DNA from: an uncultured bacterium
GTDB taxonomy: Bacteria > Acidobacteriota > Aminicenantia > UBA2199
Assembly: GCA_965371805.1 (NCBI GenBank)
Contig: CBDUZW010000015.1
Location: forward strand, 24,287 to 88,286
Direction: 5' to 3'
Length of the DNA stretch: 64,000 bases
The notes beneath the pieces were generated by a model. That model was not told the origin of the DNA. It was given only the letters and a program-made list of their open reading frames with translations, and searched no databases. Of this stretch, positions 39,366 to 49,508 are shown piece after piece. The stretch's first letter is position 1; each line of letters opens with the position of its first letter. Position numbers and translations under genes: made by a program.

Positions 39366-41408
39366 CTAAGAAAAATTTAAAAATTTACTTTTTTTTTTTA
39401 TCTGTAATAGATATTCTTTTAAATACCCGGTCAGAAGACTCTTGTCTTTTAATAAAATTACAGCATCTTCTTTTGCGCAGTTAAAGAGTTGGAGATCATC
39501 GATAACATTACCATTTTTAAAATTAATATCACCGGATTGTGAAAAGCCGGAAATAATCCCACCACCTCGTATTTTTAAATCAATTTCTGCTATCTTAAAA
39601 CCATCATTCTCTTTTTCAATAGTTTTTAATCTCTCTTTGCCGGTTTCTGTAATTTTTTTTGATGGGATGAGATAACAAAAAGATTGCTTCATGCCTCTCC
39701 CAACCCTTCCCCTTAATTGATGAATTCCAGCAAGTCCATATCTGTCAGCATCCTCAATTACTATTATTGTCGCATCTTTGACATCAATTCCAACTTCAAT
39801 TACTGTTGTTGATAAAATAACTCTCAAAGACCCTTCTTTAAAATTTTGTAAAACTTTGTCCCTTTTTTCTTTCTCTATTCTTCCAGAAATAATCCCTACT
39901 TTAAATGGTTTAAAACAGTCTTTTATAAAACTTTTTTCTTCCTCTATTGAGCGAAGATCAGAGAAAAACTCTGATTTTTCAATTAATGGCAGGATAATAT
40001 ATGCTTTTTCACCTTCCTCAATTCTTAATCTTAGCCATTTATAGAATTTATCTCTATCTAGAGACGGAATTATTTTGGTTTTGATCTGCTTCCTATTCAT
40101 AGGTTTTTCTTTTATTGAGAAAACCTTGAGGTCATTATAAACAGACAACAGCATCGTTCTTGGTATAGGTGTTGCTGTCATAACCAGAAGATCTACCCCT
40201 CTGCTTTTATAAAATAAGGAGGCTCTCTGGGTTACTCCAAATTTATGTTGTTCATCTATAATTATCATTGCAAGATTTTTGAATTTTATCCCCTCATTTA
40301 TTATTGAATGAGTGCCTATAATTATATGTATACTTCCTGTATGCAAATCATTTATTATTCTCTTTCTTTCTGAATCTGAACTACTTCCAGTCAACACTTC
40401 AATATTATAATCATGAAAAAAAGTTTTGCCTTTTTCTAAATGTTGAAAAGCTAGTACTTCAGTTGGTACAAGTATAGCCCCCTGATATCCATTAGTAACT
40501 GCAATTAAAATTGATAGAAAGGCTATTATTGTTTTTCCACTTCCTACATCTCCATGAAGTAAACCTGCCATACTACTCGGTCCTGAGAGTACATCTTTTA
40601 TATTGGAAAAAACTTCTATCTGATCTTTTGTCAGCGAAAAATCAACTCTTTTTTTCACATCCTGAGCCAGATTATTTGTAAATTTATACTCAAAAACTCT
40701 CTCTTTTTTTGAGAAAAGTTGCCTCAAAAATTGCAACTCAAGTTGAAAAAGCAGGAATTCATTATACTTAAAACGTGCCCTACACTTATCTATTTGATCC
40801 ATATCTAATAATCCAGGTTTATGAATATTGCAAAATGAGTCTAATAAACCATTAAACAAATGCTTTTTAACAATAAACTCCGGCAGTATTTCCTGATGCA
40901 CTACCAGGTTTTGCAATGCACTTGAAATGATCTTTTTTATATTGCCCTGCTTAATAGTTCCCATTTTTTTATATATAGGCAGAACCTTTTCACTCTCTTT
41001 AAAAGATATAAGTGGATTAATCATAGAATATTTCGACTCAATAAGTTTAATCTCTCCATAAATATAAATCAGATCATTTTTGTTTAGATTATTTTTCAAA
41101 TAAGGCTTATTAAAAAAAACAACTTCTATTTTTTCCTCGAGAATTAGCAGGTTTACTCTTAAAACCGAAACTCTGCCTCTAAAATTCCTGCCTGAATTAA
41201 TGGATAATATCTTTGCCTCAAAAACCCCATTTCCCTCAATTATCTCAGTTTCAAATTTTGAAAAATCAATATAAATGAAAGGGAACACCTGAAGAATATC
41301 AAATACATTTGTGATTTTTTTTTTTTTAAGGATTTCAGAATATTTCTGACCTACTCCCTTTATTTTTTCTACTGAGGACTCAAGGCCTAATTCTTCTGTC
41401 TTTTTCAT
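39366..41408 (-). CDS. recG: ATP-dependent DNA helicase RecG
   Basis: Wedge/OB N-terminus, LHGDVGSGKT, DEQHKFG, MTATPIPRT, HQLRGRVGRG. Confidence 0.92.
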   Translation of the reverse strand: MKKTEELGLESSVEKIKGVGQKYSEILKKKKITNVFDILQVFPFIYIDFSKFETEIIEGNGVFEAKILSINSGRNFRGRVSVLRVNLLILEEKIEVVFFNKPYLKNNLNKNDLIYIYGEIKLIESKYSMINPLISFKESEKVLPIYKKMGTIKQGNIKKIISSALQNLVVHQEILPEFIVKKHLFNGLLDSFCNIHKPGLLDMDQIDKCRARFKYNEFLLFQLELQFLRQLFSKKERVFEYKFTNNLAQDVKKRVDFSLTKDQIEVFSNIKDVLSGPSSMAGLLHGDVGSGKTIIAFLSILIAVTNGYQGAILVPTEVLAFQHLEKGKTFFHDYNIEVLTGSSSDSERKRIINDLHTGSIHIIIGTHSIINEGIKFKNLAMIIIDEQHKFGVTQRASLFYKSRGVDLLVMTATPIPRTMLLSVYNDLKVFSIKEKPMNRKQIKTKIIPSLDRDKFYKWLRLRIEEGEKAYIILPLIEKSEFFSDLRSIEEEKSFIKDCFKPFKVGIISGRIEKEKRDKVLQNFKEGSLRVILSTTVIEVGIDVKDATIIVIEDADRYGLAGIHQLRGRVGRGMKQSFCYLIPSKKITETGKERLKTIEKENDGFKIAEIDLKIRGGGIISGFSQSGDINFKNGNVIDDLQLFNCAKEDAVILLKDKSLLTGYLKEYLLQIKKKSKFLNFS

Positions 41409-41514
41409 TTAACTCAAGAGGTTATAATACTATTTTTAATTTAATGCAATGTAAGTCTCTCTTGATTATTTTTTTTTTTATGTTAAATTATTATTAATTA
41501 ATTGGAGGTAATAG

Positions 41515-41850
41515 ATGGAAGTCAGAAAAAACAAATTTCATGAATTATTGAGAGATGAAAAAATCACTGATTTTAATAACGATATTAAAGCATTAGATGA
41601 ACCTGTAAATCTGGAAAACTGTAATTTGAGAGGGGTTGATTTAAGAAAGGCAAACTTAAAAAATGCAAATTTAAAGAACAGCTATTTAAAATTGGCAGAC
41701 CTTAGAGGAGTAGATATGTCGGGAGCTCAATTAGAAGGAGCTTCATTTAATAAAGCAAGAGTCGGTGGAGTCCTCTTTCCCAAAAATGTTACCTCAGCTG
41801 AAATAAGGTTGTCTATTGAATTTGGTACAAGAGTTAGAGTAAAAGATTAA
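41515..41850 (+). CDS. pentapeptide-repeat protein
   Basis: CNLRGVDLRKANLKNANLKNSYLKLADLRGVDMSGAQLEGASF repeats of A(D/N)LXX type. Confidence 0.8.
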   Translation: MEVRKNKFHELLRDEKITDFNNDIKALDEPVNLENCNLRGVDLRKANLKNANLKNSYLKLADLRGVDMSGAQLEGASFNKARVGGVLFPKNVTSAEIRLSIEFGTRVRVKD

Positions 41851-42924
41851 TTAGTATTCCTTATCATTTTCATCTTGAATTTTCTTTTTTTTAATTTGCA
41901 GATAATTAATTGTCTCTAAAGCAATATTCCTCTCAATTCCAATTAGACCAGGCAATATTTTTTGCCATTTAGAGAGCAATATTAAAACCTGTTCATTTTT
42001 AAGTTTTCCAAAACTATTTTTAGTTTTATAGACAAATCCCTGCTTAGAGAGTAATGAAAAACTTGATTTTTTCTTCCATTTACCTGTATCTTTTATATAC
42101 TCTGTTTTGAATCTCATTTCTGAACTCTTAGAGATCTTATTTTCTTTTTTTAAAACTATGGCCTCTCTGACTATATCTTCATCATTAAAGGTTTTTTCCT
42201 CCATCTCTACTACAGTTTGAGGTTTTCGGGATCCGCGTTCTTTTTTTTGATTTATCTGTTTTCTCTCAATGGAATCTGTACTATTACCATATTTGGACTT
42301 CTCTCCTATCCCGCCCTCAATCGGGCTGCTTTTCGTTATGTTTACTCCATCAACATTCCATGTTGATTTTGATTTTATTTTATCTGCTAGAACAATTTTC
42401 GCTGGTTCTTTTTTCCTTCTACTCTTTTTTTTACTAAATATTTTTAATGTGCCTTTTGAATCTTTTTTGTCTTTTTCCATATCTTTGCTTCTATTTGCGA
42501 ATGATTCCTCTTTTGACAATCCGCCTTCTACCATGGGAATGTCTCTTTTTATTCTTTTGGTTTGGAATTTGAGACTTTCTTCTTTTACTTCCGGTTGAGT
42601 CTTATAAAAATTGCTGTAGTAAAATCCAATTAAGAAAACAAACATTATGCTAGCTGCTATTGACAGTGACCTGGTAATATTGGACTTTCTCACTTTTTTT
42701 AGCTCAGCTAAAGTTGAAGAGGTGATTTTATAAACATCAAAACAATCATGACATGAATTTAAATGTTTAAGGACTTTCTCCCTCTCTTCAAATGGAAGTT
42801 TATTTTCAATAAATTCAGAAAGAGTATTGTCAGATAGACATGTAGTCTCTTTTTTCTCTTCCATTTTAGTTGAAAGCAATTTCCCCAGTTTTACATTTTC
42901 TATACTCATCTCATAAACCTTCAA
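41851..42924 (-). CDS. anti-sigma factor (zf-HC2 N-terminus, single TM, Lys-rich extracytoplasmic part)
   Basis: HLNSCHDCFDVY zinc-finger anti-sigma motif and TM LSIAASIMFVFLIGFYY. Located directly downstream of a sigma-factor gene. Confidence 0.6.
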   Translation of the reverse strand: MKVYEMSIENVKLGKLLSTKMEEKKETTCLSDNTLSEFIENKLPFEEREKVLKHLNSCHDCFDVYKITSSTLAELKKVRKSNITRSLSIAASIMFVFLIGFYYSNFYKTQPEVKEESLKFQTKRIKRDIPMVEGGLSKEESFANRSKDMEKDKKDSKGTLKIFSKKKSRRKKEPAKIVLADKIKSKSTWNVDGVNITKSSPIEGGIGEKSKYGNSTDSIERKQINQKKERGSRKPQTVVEMEEKTFNDEDIVREAIVLKKENKISKSSEMRFKTEYIKDTGKWKKKSSFSLLSKQGFVYKTKNSFGKLKNEQVLILLSKWQKILPGLIGIERNIALETINYLQIKKKKIQDENDKEY

Positions 42925-42968
42925 TAATATTTGTCGGACAATTTAATAATAATTCTTTAATTTTAACA

Positions 42969-43823
42969 TTAAAATAGATCATTTGTATTTATCCCGTTTT
43001 TGGCTAATATTTTTTTACATTTTTTTAATATTCTATCTATTCTCTTATAAACAGCCCTTTTATTTATATTTAATAAAATTGAAATAGTTTCAACTCGTTT
43101 TTTTTTATCATCCTCTTCATTAAAAAACCTGAGTTTTATTATAAACTTTTCTTCAGCAGTCAGATTAGAAAGAATTAAATCCAGGTTTTTATTAATGGTC
43201 TCTTCTTTCTCTTCAGAAATCATTTGAAATTCCGGAGTTTTATTTTTATCCTTTACAAGGACCTCGCCTTCACTAGTATTTATACCTTTTTTTACAGGAG
43301 ATTCCGGGAAGTTTTCAAGGTCACTCTTATTATATTTTTTTTTCCCCTTTATCTTATCAACAATCTCTTCAATCTTATTCAAAGTGATTTTTTTTTCATT
43401 CTCATGTGTAACGATATTATAAAATTCCCTGATCGAATTCTTTTCGATAAAAACACTCTTATATATCCTTAAACCAAGATCTCCATATTCTTTTGCCCTA
43501 TCTTTTTCTCGACTTCTTCCCATTTTACCTCTGATAATATCTACAAACTTTCTTGAAATTATAGCTGTTAGATAGGTTGTAATCTTAGCTCTTCCATTAA
43601 AATTTTTTAAAATTTTGAAATCTTCCTTCCTCAGAGTGTCAAGAACCACATTTGATAATTCCAAAGACCTATTTTCAATTTCCAGTTTTTCGCTCTCACC
43701 GGTTTTAAAACTATCAGCAAAGTTTTTTTTTACTATCAAATAACTTTGTTTTTCAATAAACCCTAGATTCTCATGCAATATTTTTTCATATGGCTTATTG
43801 AAATTATAATTTATGGTAGTCAT
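42969..43823 (-). CDS. ECF-like sigma-70 family factor with a long insertion between regions 2 and 4
   Basis: Region-2-like ITTYLTAIISRKFVDIIRGK and region-4-like LTAEEKFIIKLRFF...ISILLNINKRAVYKRIDRILKKCKKIL. The ATG at 43823 avoids overlap with the upstream gene; the ORF track runs to 43907. Confidence 0.65.
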   Translation of the reverse strand: MTTINYNFNKPYEKILHENLGFIEKQSYLIVKKNFADSFKTGESEKLEIENRSLELSNVVLDTLRKEDFKILKNFNGRAKITTYLTAIISRKFVDIIRGKMGRSREKDRAKEYGDLGLRIYKSVFIEKNSIREFYNIVTHENEKKITLNKIEEIVDKIKGKKKYNKSDLENFPESPVKKGINTSEGEVLVKDKNKTPEFQMISEEKEETINKNLDLILSNLTAEEKFIIKLRFFNEEDDKKKRVETISILLNINKRAVYKRIDRILKKCKKILAKNGINTNDLF

Positions 43824-43828
43824 TTTTA

Positions 43829-44476
43829 CTATTTTATTTTTATATGAAGCTGAATTTCTACTAAATGAGATTCCTGCATATTCTGGGTAGTATTTGCCCA
43901 GGTCCAATTATATTTATTTACAAAAAACATCTTTGAGTAAAGTAATTTTTCTCTCCAAGAAATTTTATTTGACCCCTTTCTAATTCCCTTTCTGTATTTA
44001 AGATTAGGCTTTCTTTTCAATATTCCATAACTTTTTGGAAGATTTAATTTTGCGTTTATATCTTTATCTAATTTTGATATGTCTAACTTTTCTGCCCCAA
44101 ATTCAAGGAAAAGATTTCTTTTATTTCTTATAATAAATTCGATTTCCGGCAGAACAATGCTTTTATTGTTAAATACTTCGTTTTTATTCGTTTTAAAATT
44201 AAAGAATTTCATTTCAAAATCATTTACCTTTCCTTTTTTATAATAATAGATAAAATCTTTATCCTCATCAAAGCCAATTGTTCCATTAAGTTCTCCACTA
44301 TATGTATAATTACCTCTGATCTTTGTATCTCCATATGTTTTAAAGAAGCCTGTAATTTTAAAATCTATTTTTAGCTCCCATTCCATAGAATCATTTACCA
44401 AATTATTTATATCTCCATTTATTGATAAATTCAATAGAGGTAATAATATAAAAATTAATCTAATAAACTGTTTCAA
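43829..44476 (-). CDS. secreted hypothetical protein
   Basis: Signal peptide MKQFIRLIFILLPLLNLSING. Overlaps the dnaE stop by 17 nt. No recognisable motif. Confidence 0.5.
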   Translation of the reverse strand: MKQFIRLIFILLPLLNLSINGDINNLVNDSMEWELKIDFKITGFFKTYGDTKIRGNYTYSGELNGTIGFDEDKDFIYYYKKGKVNDFEMKFFNFKTNKNEVFNNKSIVLPEIEFIIRNKRNLFLEFGAEKLDISKLDKDINAKLNLPKSYGILKRKPNLKYRKGIRKGSNKISWREKLLYSKMFFVNKYNWTWANTTQNMQESHLVEIQLHIKIK

Positions 44477-47400
44477 CAGAGAGGACTCCTTTTATTTTTT
44501 TTAACTCAATTACAACTGTATTATCGGGCTTTAATCCCTGATCATTCGAATCAATCACCGTTTTATGTTTTTGCTCATTATTAATAATCATTATTTGATA
44601 TGGTGTTTTCCCAACATTATTAGTTAGAGTGCTTTCAAACTTGTCAGTAAAATCATCATCAATAAAAGAGTAATCTATTTTTATAAAGATCTTTTTTGCC
44701 TCCTTATTGATATAATCTTCCAATTTTACAATTTTACTAAGGAATAGATCAGGACTATTATTGTCATTATCTGATTTATTTCCTTCGATATAATAGGGTG
44801 CATCAACTTCTAAATTCAGCTTTATTTCATCCCATGTTACTTTTTTTTCACCATTTTTATTCCCATTTCCATTATTCCATGGTTTTTTTGTACTATTAAA
44901 GACTAAGATAGATTGTCTCCCAGTCAGATCTTCAAAAAAAATATTGCCATAAAAAGTACCTTTTTTTGATCTTTTCTGGATAAATTCAGTAATAACGCCA
45001 ACAAGTTTAACTACTTTACCCTTAAAATCAATTAATTCTGATATTGATGTATTAGAGAGCTTTTTTGTCTCTTTAGTATATTTTTCAAGTGGATGGTTAC
45101 TAATATAAATACCGGTTATCTCTTTTTCACCTTTAAGGATTTGTTGCTCTGTCCATTCATCCATATCCATGAATTTTTTCTGAATAATAATTTTATTAAG
45201 ACTATCTTCTCCGGTAAACAGTGACCTTTGACCATTACTCTTGTTTTTTTCTATCACTCCTGCCTGGGCTATCGTCTCTTCAACACTGGAGAACAAAGCA
45301 TTCCTCTTCAAATTAAATGAATCTAATGAGCCCGACTTAATTAAACTTTCTAAAACGGCTTTATTTACCTTTGAAAGTTCTATTCCTGTAATAAAGTCTG
45401 TATAACTTTCAAATCCTCCAGAACTGTTCCGGCATTCAATAATGCTTTTTAATGCTGCAGTACCTACATTTTTCAGTCCCTTAAGACCAAATCTTATTGA
45501 ACTATGTGTCTCAGCTCTGAAATTCTCAATACTCTTATTAATATCTGGAGGCAGTATATCAATTCCCATTTTTTTACTCTCGGAAATATACTGTATTATT
45601 TTTGATCCCTTTGATGCTTTTGATGATTCCGATGTGAGATGGGCAGCCATAAAATAAACGGGAAAATGCGCTTTTAAATATGCTGTTTGATATGCTATAA
45701 AACCATAAGCAGTTGAATGAGATTTATTAAAACCATATTGCGCAAACTCTTTCATCTGAGAAAAAAGTTTTTCCGCTTTCTTTTTATTGTATTTTTTTTT
45801 TACAGCTCCAGCCACAAATGCCGCTTCCAGAGCAGGGATTTTTTGTTCAAGCTTCTTTCCCATAACTTTTCTCATTTCATCAGCTTTTCCAAGAGAAAAC
45901 CCGGCTAAGGTAACCGATATCTGCATAACCTGCTCTTGATACACAATAACCCCAAATGTATCTTTCAGTATGGGTTCAAGTACTGGAAAGGCATATACAA
46001 CTTTTTCTTTGCCTAGTTTTCTCTTAACATAACTATCAGCCATTCCGGAATTTAATGGGCCCGGTCTATATAGAGCATTCAATGCAATAAGATCTTCAAT
46101 TCTTTCAGGTTTTGATCTTTTCAAAAAATCCCGCATCCCTGAACTTTCAAATTGAAAAATTCCATCAGTATTTCCAGCTTGAAAGACCTTATACGTTTTT
46201 TCATCATCAAGAGGGATTGTATCAAGGTCAATTTTCTTTTTTTCCACATCATAAATTTCATCTAGAATATTTTTTATAATTGTTAAGGTATTCAATCCCA
46301 GGATGTCCATTTTGAGCAGTCCAACTTCTTCGACTTCATCTTTCTCAAACTGTGTGACAATCTCATCCTTAGTTTTATAAAGAGGCATAAACTCAGTCAT
46401 CTTTCTTGGCGCAATTACAACAGCCGCTGCATGCATTGATGTATGCCTGACATTATTCTCCAGCTTCAATGCAAATTCAATCAATTTTTGTCTCTCAGGT
46501 TTTAATTTAATTGCATCTCGTAATTCTGAATTGGATTCAATTTCACTTTTTAGTTCTACTTTTGGCCCATCCTGGATCATCTTTGCAATTTGATTAACAT
46601 CACTTAATGGAAGTTCCAATACCCTGCCAATATCCCTGATAGCCATCTTTGCCTTCATTTTTCCAAAGGTTACAATCTGGGCCGTATTTTCCTTCCCATA
46701 CTTGTTTCTAATATAATCAATTACCTCGCCCCTTCGTTCAGTCTCAAAATCAAGGTCTATATCAGGCATTGAGATTCTTTCAGGATTTAAAAATCTTTCA
46801 AAAAGTAAGTCATATTCCAGCGGATCAACATTGGTAATTCCCATTACATAAGCTACTAAACTTCCAACAACTGAGCCCCTCCCGGGTCCAACAGGAATAT
46901 TATTATCTTTAGAAAATTTTATTATATCCCAGACAATTAAAAAGTATCCTGGAAATTCCATCTCCCTTATTTTATCAATCTCATAACTGAGTCTTTTTTC
47001 ATAAACATCAATACTCTGTCGCTTATTTAATAAAGAATCTCTCAGTCTTTCAAAACCATCTCTACAAATTTTTTCAAAATATCCATCAATTGTAAATTCT
47101 TCAGGAACGGAAAAAGTCGGAAGTGAAAGTTCCCCTAATTTAAAATCAAAATTACATTTTGCTGCAATATCAAAACTATTACTAATCGCATCAGGAATAT
47201 CTGAGAAAAGCTCACTCATCTCTTCAGTTGACTTAAGATACATTTCACTGGTTTGCTTTTTCATGGGTCTGTTCTGATCACTTAAAACATTGCCGGTTTG
47301 CAGGCAAATTAAAATCTCTCTCGCATCCGAATCTTCCTTTTCAAGATAATGTACATCGTTGCTTGCGACAAGAGGAATAGAGAGGTCTGAAGATAATTGC

Positions 47401-47975
47401 TGCAATTTTGGAATTACCTCAATTTGCTGACTCAAACCATGATCCTGCATCTCTAAATAATAATCATCTTTGAAAGTCTCTTTATACCATTTTGCTGCTT
47501 CATAAGCCTTTTCTTCTCTATTATGAAGTAAATTATATGGAATTTCCCCCTGAATACAGGCAGAAAGTATTACTAAACCGTCCTTATACTTTTCCAATAC
47601 TTCTTTGTCAATTCTAGGCTTTCTATAAAACCCTTCAAGATATGCTTCAGTTATCAGTTCACATAAATTTCTGTATCCCTGTTTATTCTTTACAAGAGCA
47701 ACTAAATGATGATAGTTTATCTCTCCTTTTTTTCTGTCCGGCTTACTGAACCTTGAGTTTTCTGCAACATAGAGTTCTGAGCCGATGATTGGCTTTATTC
47801 CGTTTTTTATTGCTTTTTTATAAAAGTTTACTGCTCCTAAAATATTTCCATGATCTGTCAAAGCGACTGCAGGCATATTCAACTGCTGAGCCTTTTTTAT
47901 TAAACCGGGAATCTTCAGGTTTGAATCTAATAGACTAAATTCAGAGTGTAAGTGTAAGTGAATAAAGCTATTCAT
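44460..47975 (-). CDS. dnaE: DNA polymerase III alpha subunit
   Basis: PHP domain FIHLHLHSEFSLLDS, palm PGRGSVVGSLVAY.. and PDIDLDF, fingers YRPGP, and an OB fold at the C-terminus. Confidence 0.95.
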   Translation of the reverse strand: MNSFIHLHLHSEFSLLDSNLKIPGLIKKAQQLNMPAVALTDHGNILGAVNFYKKAIKNGIKPIIGSELYVAENSRFSKPDRKKGEINYHHLVALVKNKQGYRNLCELITEAYLEGFYRKPRIDKEVLEKYKDGLVILSACIQGEIPYNLLHNREEKAYEAAKWYKETFKDDYYLEMQDHGLSQQIEVIPKLQQLSSDLSIPLVASNDVHYLEKEDSDAREILICLQTGNVLSDQNRPMKKQTSEMYLKSTEEMSELFSDIPDAISNSFDIAAKCNFDFKLGELSLPTFSVPEEFTIDGYFEKICRDGFERLRDSLLNKRQSIDVYEKRLSYEIDKIREMEFPGYFLIVWDIIKFSKDNNIPVGPGRGSVVGSLVAYVMGITNVDPLEYDLLFERFLNPERISMPDIDLDFETERRGEVIDYIRNKYGKENTAQIVTFGKMKAKMAIRDIGRVLELPLSDVNQIAKMIQDGPKVELKSEIESNSELRDAIKLKPERQKLIEFALKLENNVRHTSMHAAAVVIAPRKMTEFMPLYKTKDEIVTQFEKDEVEEVGLLKMDILGLNTLTIIKNILDEIYDVEKKKIDLDTIPLDDEKTYKVFQAGNTDGIFQFESSGMRDFLKRSKPERIEDLIALNALYRPGPLNSGMADSYVKRKLGKEKVVYAFPVLEPILKDTFGVIVYQEQVMQISVTLAGFSLGKADEMRKVMGKKLEQKIPALEAAFVAGAVKKKYNKKKAEKLFSQMKEFAQYGFNKSHSTAYGFIAYQTAYLKAHFPVYFMAAHLTSESSKASKGSKIIQYISESKKMGIDILPPDINKSIENFRAETHSSIRFGLKGLKNVGTAALKSIIECRNSSGGFESYTDFITGIELSKVNKAVLESLIKSGSLDSFNLKRNALFSSVEETIAQAGVIEKNKSNGQRSLFTGEDSLNKIIIQKKFMDMDEWTEQQILKGEKEITGIYISNHPLEKYTKETKKLSNTSISELIDFKGKVVKLVGVITEFIQKRSKKGTFYGNIFFEDLTGRQSILVFNSTKKPWNNGNGNKNGEKKVTWDEIKLNLEVDAPYYIEGNKSDNDNNSPDLFLSKIVKLEDYINKEAKKIFIKIDYSFIDDDFTDKFESTLTNNVGKTPYQIMIINNEQKHKTVIDSNDQGLKPDNTVVIELKKIKGVLSVETVY

Positions 47976-48258
47976 ATTTTATTTTTATTAACAATAATTA
48001 CTATAAAAAGATACTTGATTTTATTCATAGACTTATTTTAAAACGATTGTTTTTTAATTGCAATAGATAAAAAAGTATTTATTATGTTTTTAAAATTTCG
48101 AATTAGCTAAACTTTTTTAGGGACACACTCCATACGAATCATACTCTTGTTTAAACACTTTCTCAAATTTTGGAAAATTAAATAATTACAAAAAGAATAA
48201 TTTTTATCTATTCCATTTTGGAATTATTCTAACGTTATATTTTTTGACAAATCGTTAC

Positions 48259-48287
48259 TTGACAATCAATTAGTTTTATCCTAATAT
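48259..48287 (+). promoter_or_regulatory. candidate sigma-70 promoter of the three-gene operon
   Basis: TTGACA (48259-48264), 17 nt, TAATAT (48282-48287), 34 nt upstream of ATG 48321. A second TTGACA lies at 48244-48249. Confidence 0.45.
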
Positions 48288-48320
48288 TTAAACTACTTAA
48301 AATAAAAATAAGTTAATTAA

Positions 48321-49508
48321 ATGAAAAGTATTAAATTTGCAGTTATAGGTGATTTGCATTGTCAATCAGAAAGTGATTTAGACGACAGTCGAAGAGAATC
48401 TTTTTTGATTGCAGGAGTACCAAGGGTACCTTCTCAAAATCATCCCGTTCAGTCACTTTTTGACATAGAAACGAAATTTAAAACCGATATTGTAATATGT
48501 ACAGGTGATATTTCAAACAAGTCTTCCTCATCAGGATTATCTCATGGATGGGATCTATTACGTTATGATATAAAAGAGGTTTTTAATGCAGAAATAGTAC
48601 TACCAACAATTGGTAATCATGATGTAAATTCAAGATCAAAAGACATCTCTCCATTTGATGTTGCGAAAAACATTCATCCTAATTTTCCCTTTTCGGACAA
48701 TGATGCCAAAAATTCTTTTTGGAATAATGGATTTTATTTGTATCAATTTAGAGACACATCAAGTGTTCTAATATTAAACACAACTCACGATCATTATAAT
48801 GAAAAAAAAGCATTAAGAGGTACTTTTAGTAGCAAGCAAATCCAAAGCCTAGATAAATATTTAAAAAACCAGTCTTTAAATCCCATAAGAATTGCTAATA
48901 TGCATCACCATCCAATCCTTCATTCATTTGTAGATTATGGGTCTAATGATGTTTTGGAATTTGGTGATCAATTGTTAAAGGTTTTATCCAAACACAAGTT
49001 TAACTTTGTTATACATGGACACCGTCATCAACCAAGAATACAAAGATATATTGATGGAGGTAATCCTTTTCATATATTTGGTTCTGGATCATTTTCAGCA
49101 TCTTTAGCTGACAAACTATATACAAGAACTCGCAATGTATTTCATTTAATTGAACTTAAAACTGAGAATACTAATAAAGTATCTGGTTCAATTCTTACAT
49201 GGGAATATAATTTTGGTATCGGTTGGAATCCAACAACAAAACAATCTGCAGAATTTCCTCATTTTGTGAGTATTAATTCTTTACCAACAGTAGATCTAGC
49301 AACTAAAATCAAGAAGTTTTTTAACTCAAATAAAAATAAAAAAATGTTGATAAATTCTGAAATGAAATGTGAAATACCAGAAGTTCAAATGTTACTACCT
49401 AACGAATTAGAAGAATTACAAAGTGAGATAAAAACCGAAATGTTGCAGTTGGAAATTGATCATTATGGATTTGTAAAAAGTATTGGACGATTGGAGCATG
49501 TTATATGA
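48321..49508 (+). CDS. calcineurin-like metallophosphoesterase with ~100-aa C-terminal extension (operon gene A)
   Basis: All five metallophosphoesterase motifs are present: GDLH (D11/H13), GDISN, GNHD (98-101), MHHHP, HGHRH (232-236). The HHHP and GHxH spacing resembles Icc/CpdA-type more than SbcD/Mre11-type enzymes. Confidence 0.85.
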   Translation: MKSIKFAVIGDLHCQSESDLDDSRRESFLIAGVPRVPSQNHPVQSLFDIETKFKTDIVICTGDISNKSSSSGLSHGWDLLRYDIKEVFNAEIVLPTIGNHDVNSRSKDISPFDVAKNIHPNFPFSDNDAKNSFWNNGFYLYQFRDTSSVLILNTTHDHYNEKKALRGTFSSKQIQSLDKYLKNQSLNPIRIANMHHHPILHSFVDYGSNDVLEFGDQLLKVLSKHKFNFVIHGHRHQPRIQRYIDGGNPFHIFGSGSFSASLADKLYTRTRNVFHLIELKTENTNKVSGSILTWEYNFGIGWNPTTKQSAEFPHFVSINSLPTVDLATKIKKFFNSNKNKKMLINSEMKCEIPEVQMLLPNELEELQSEIKTEMLQLEIDHYGFVKSIGRLEHVI

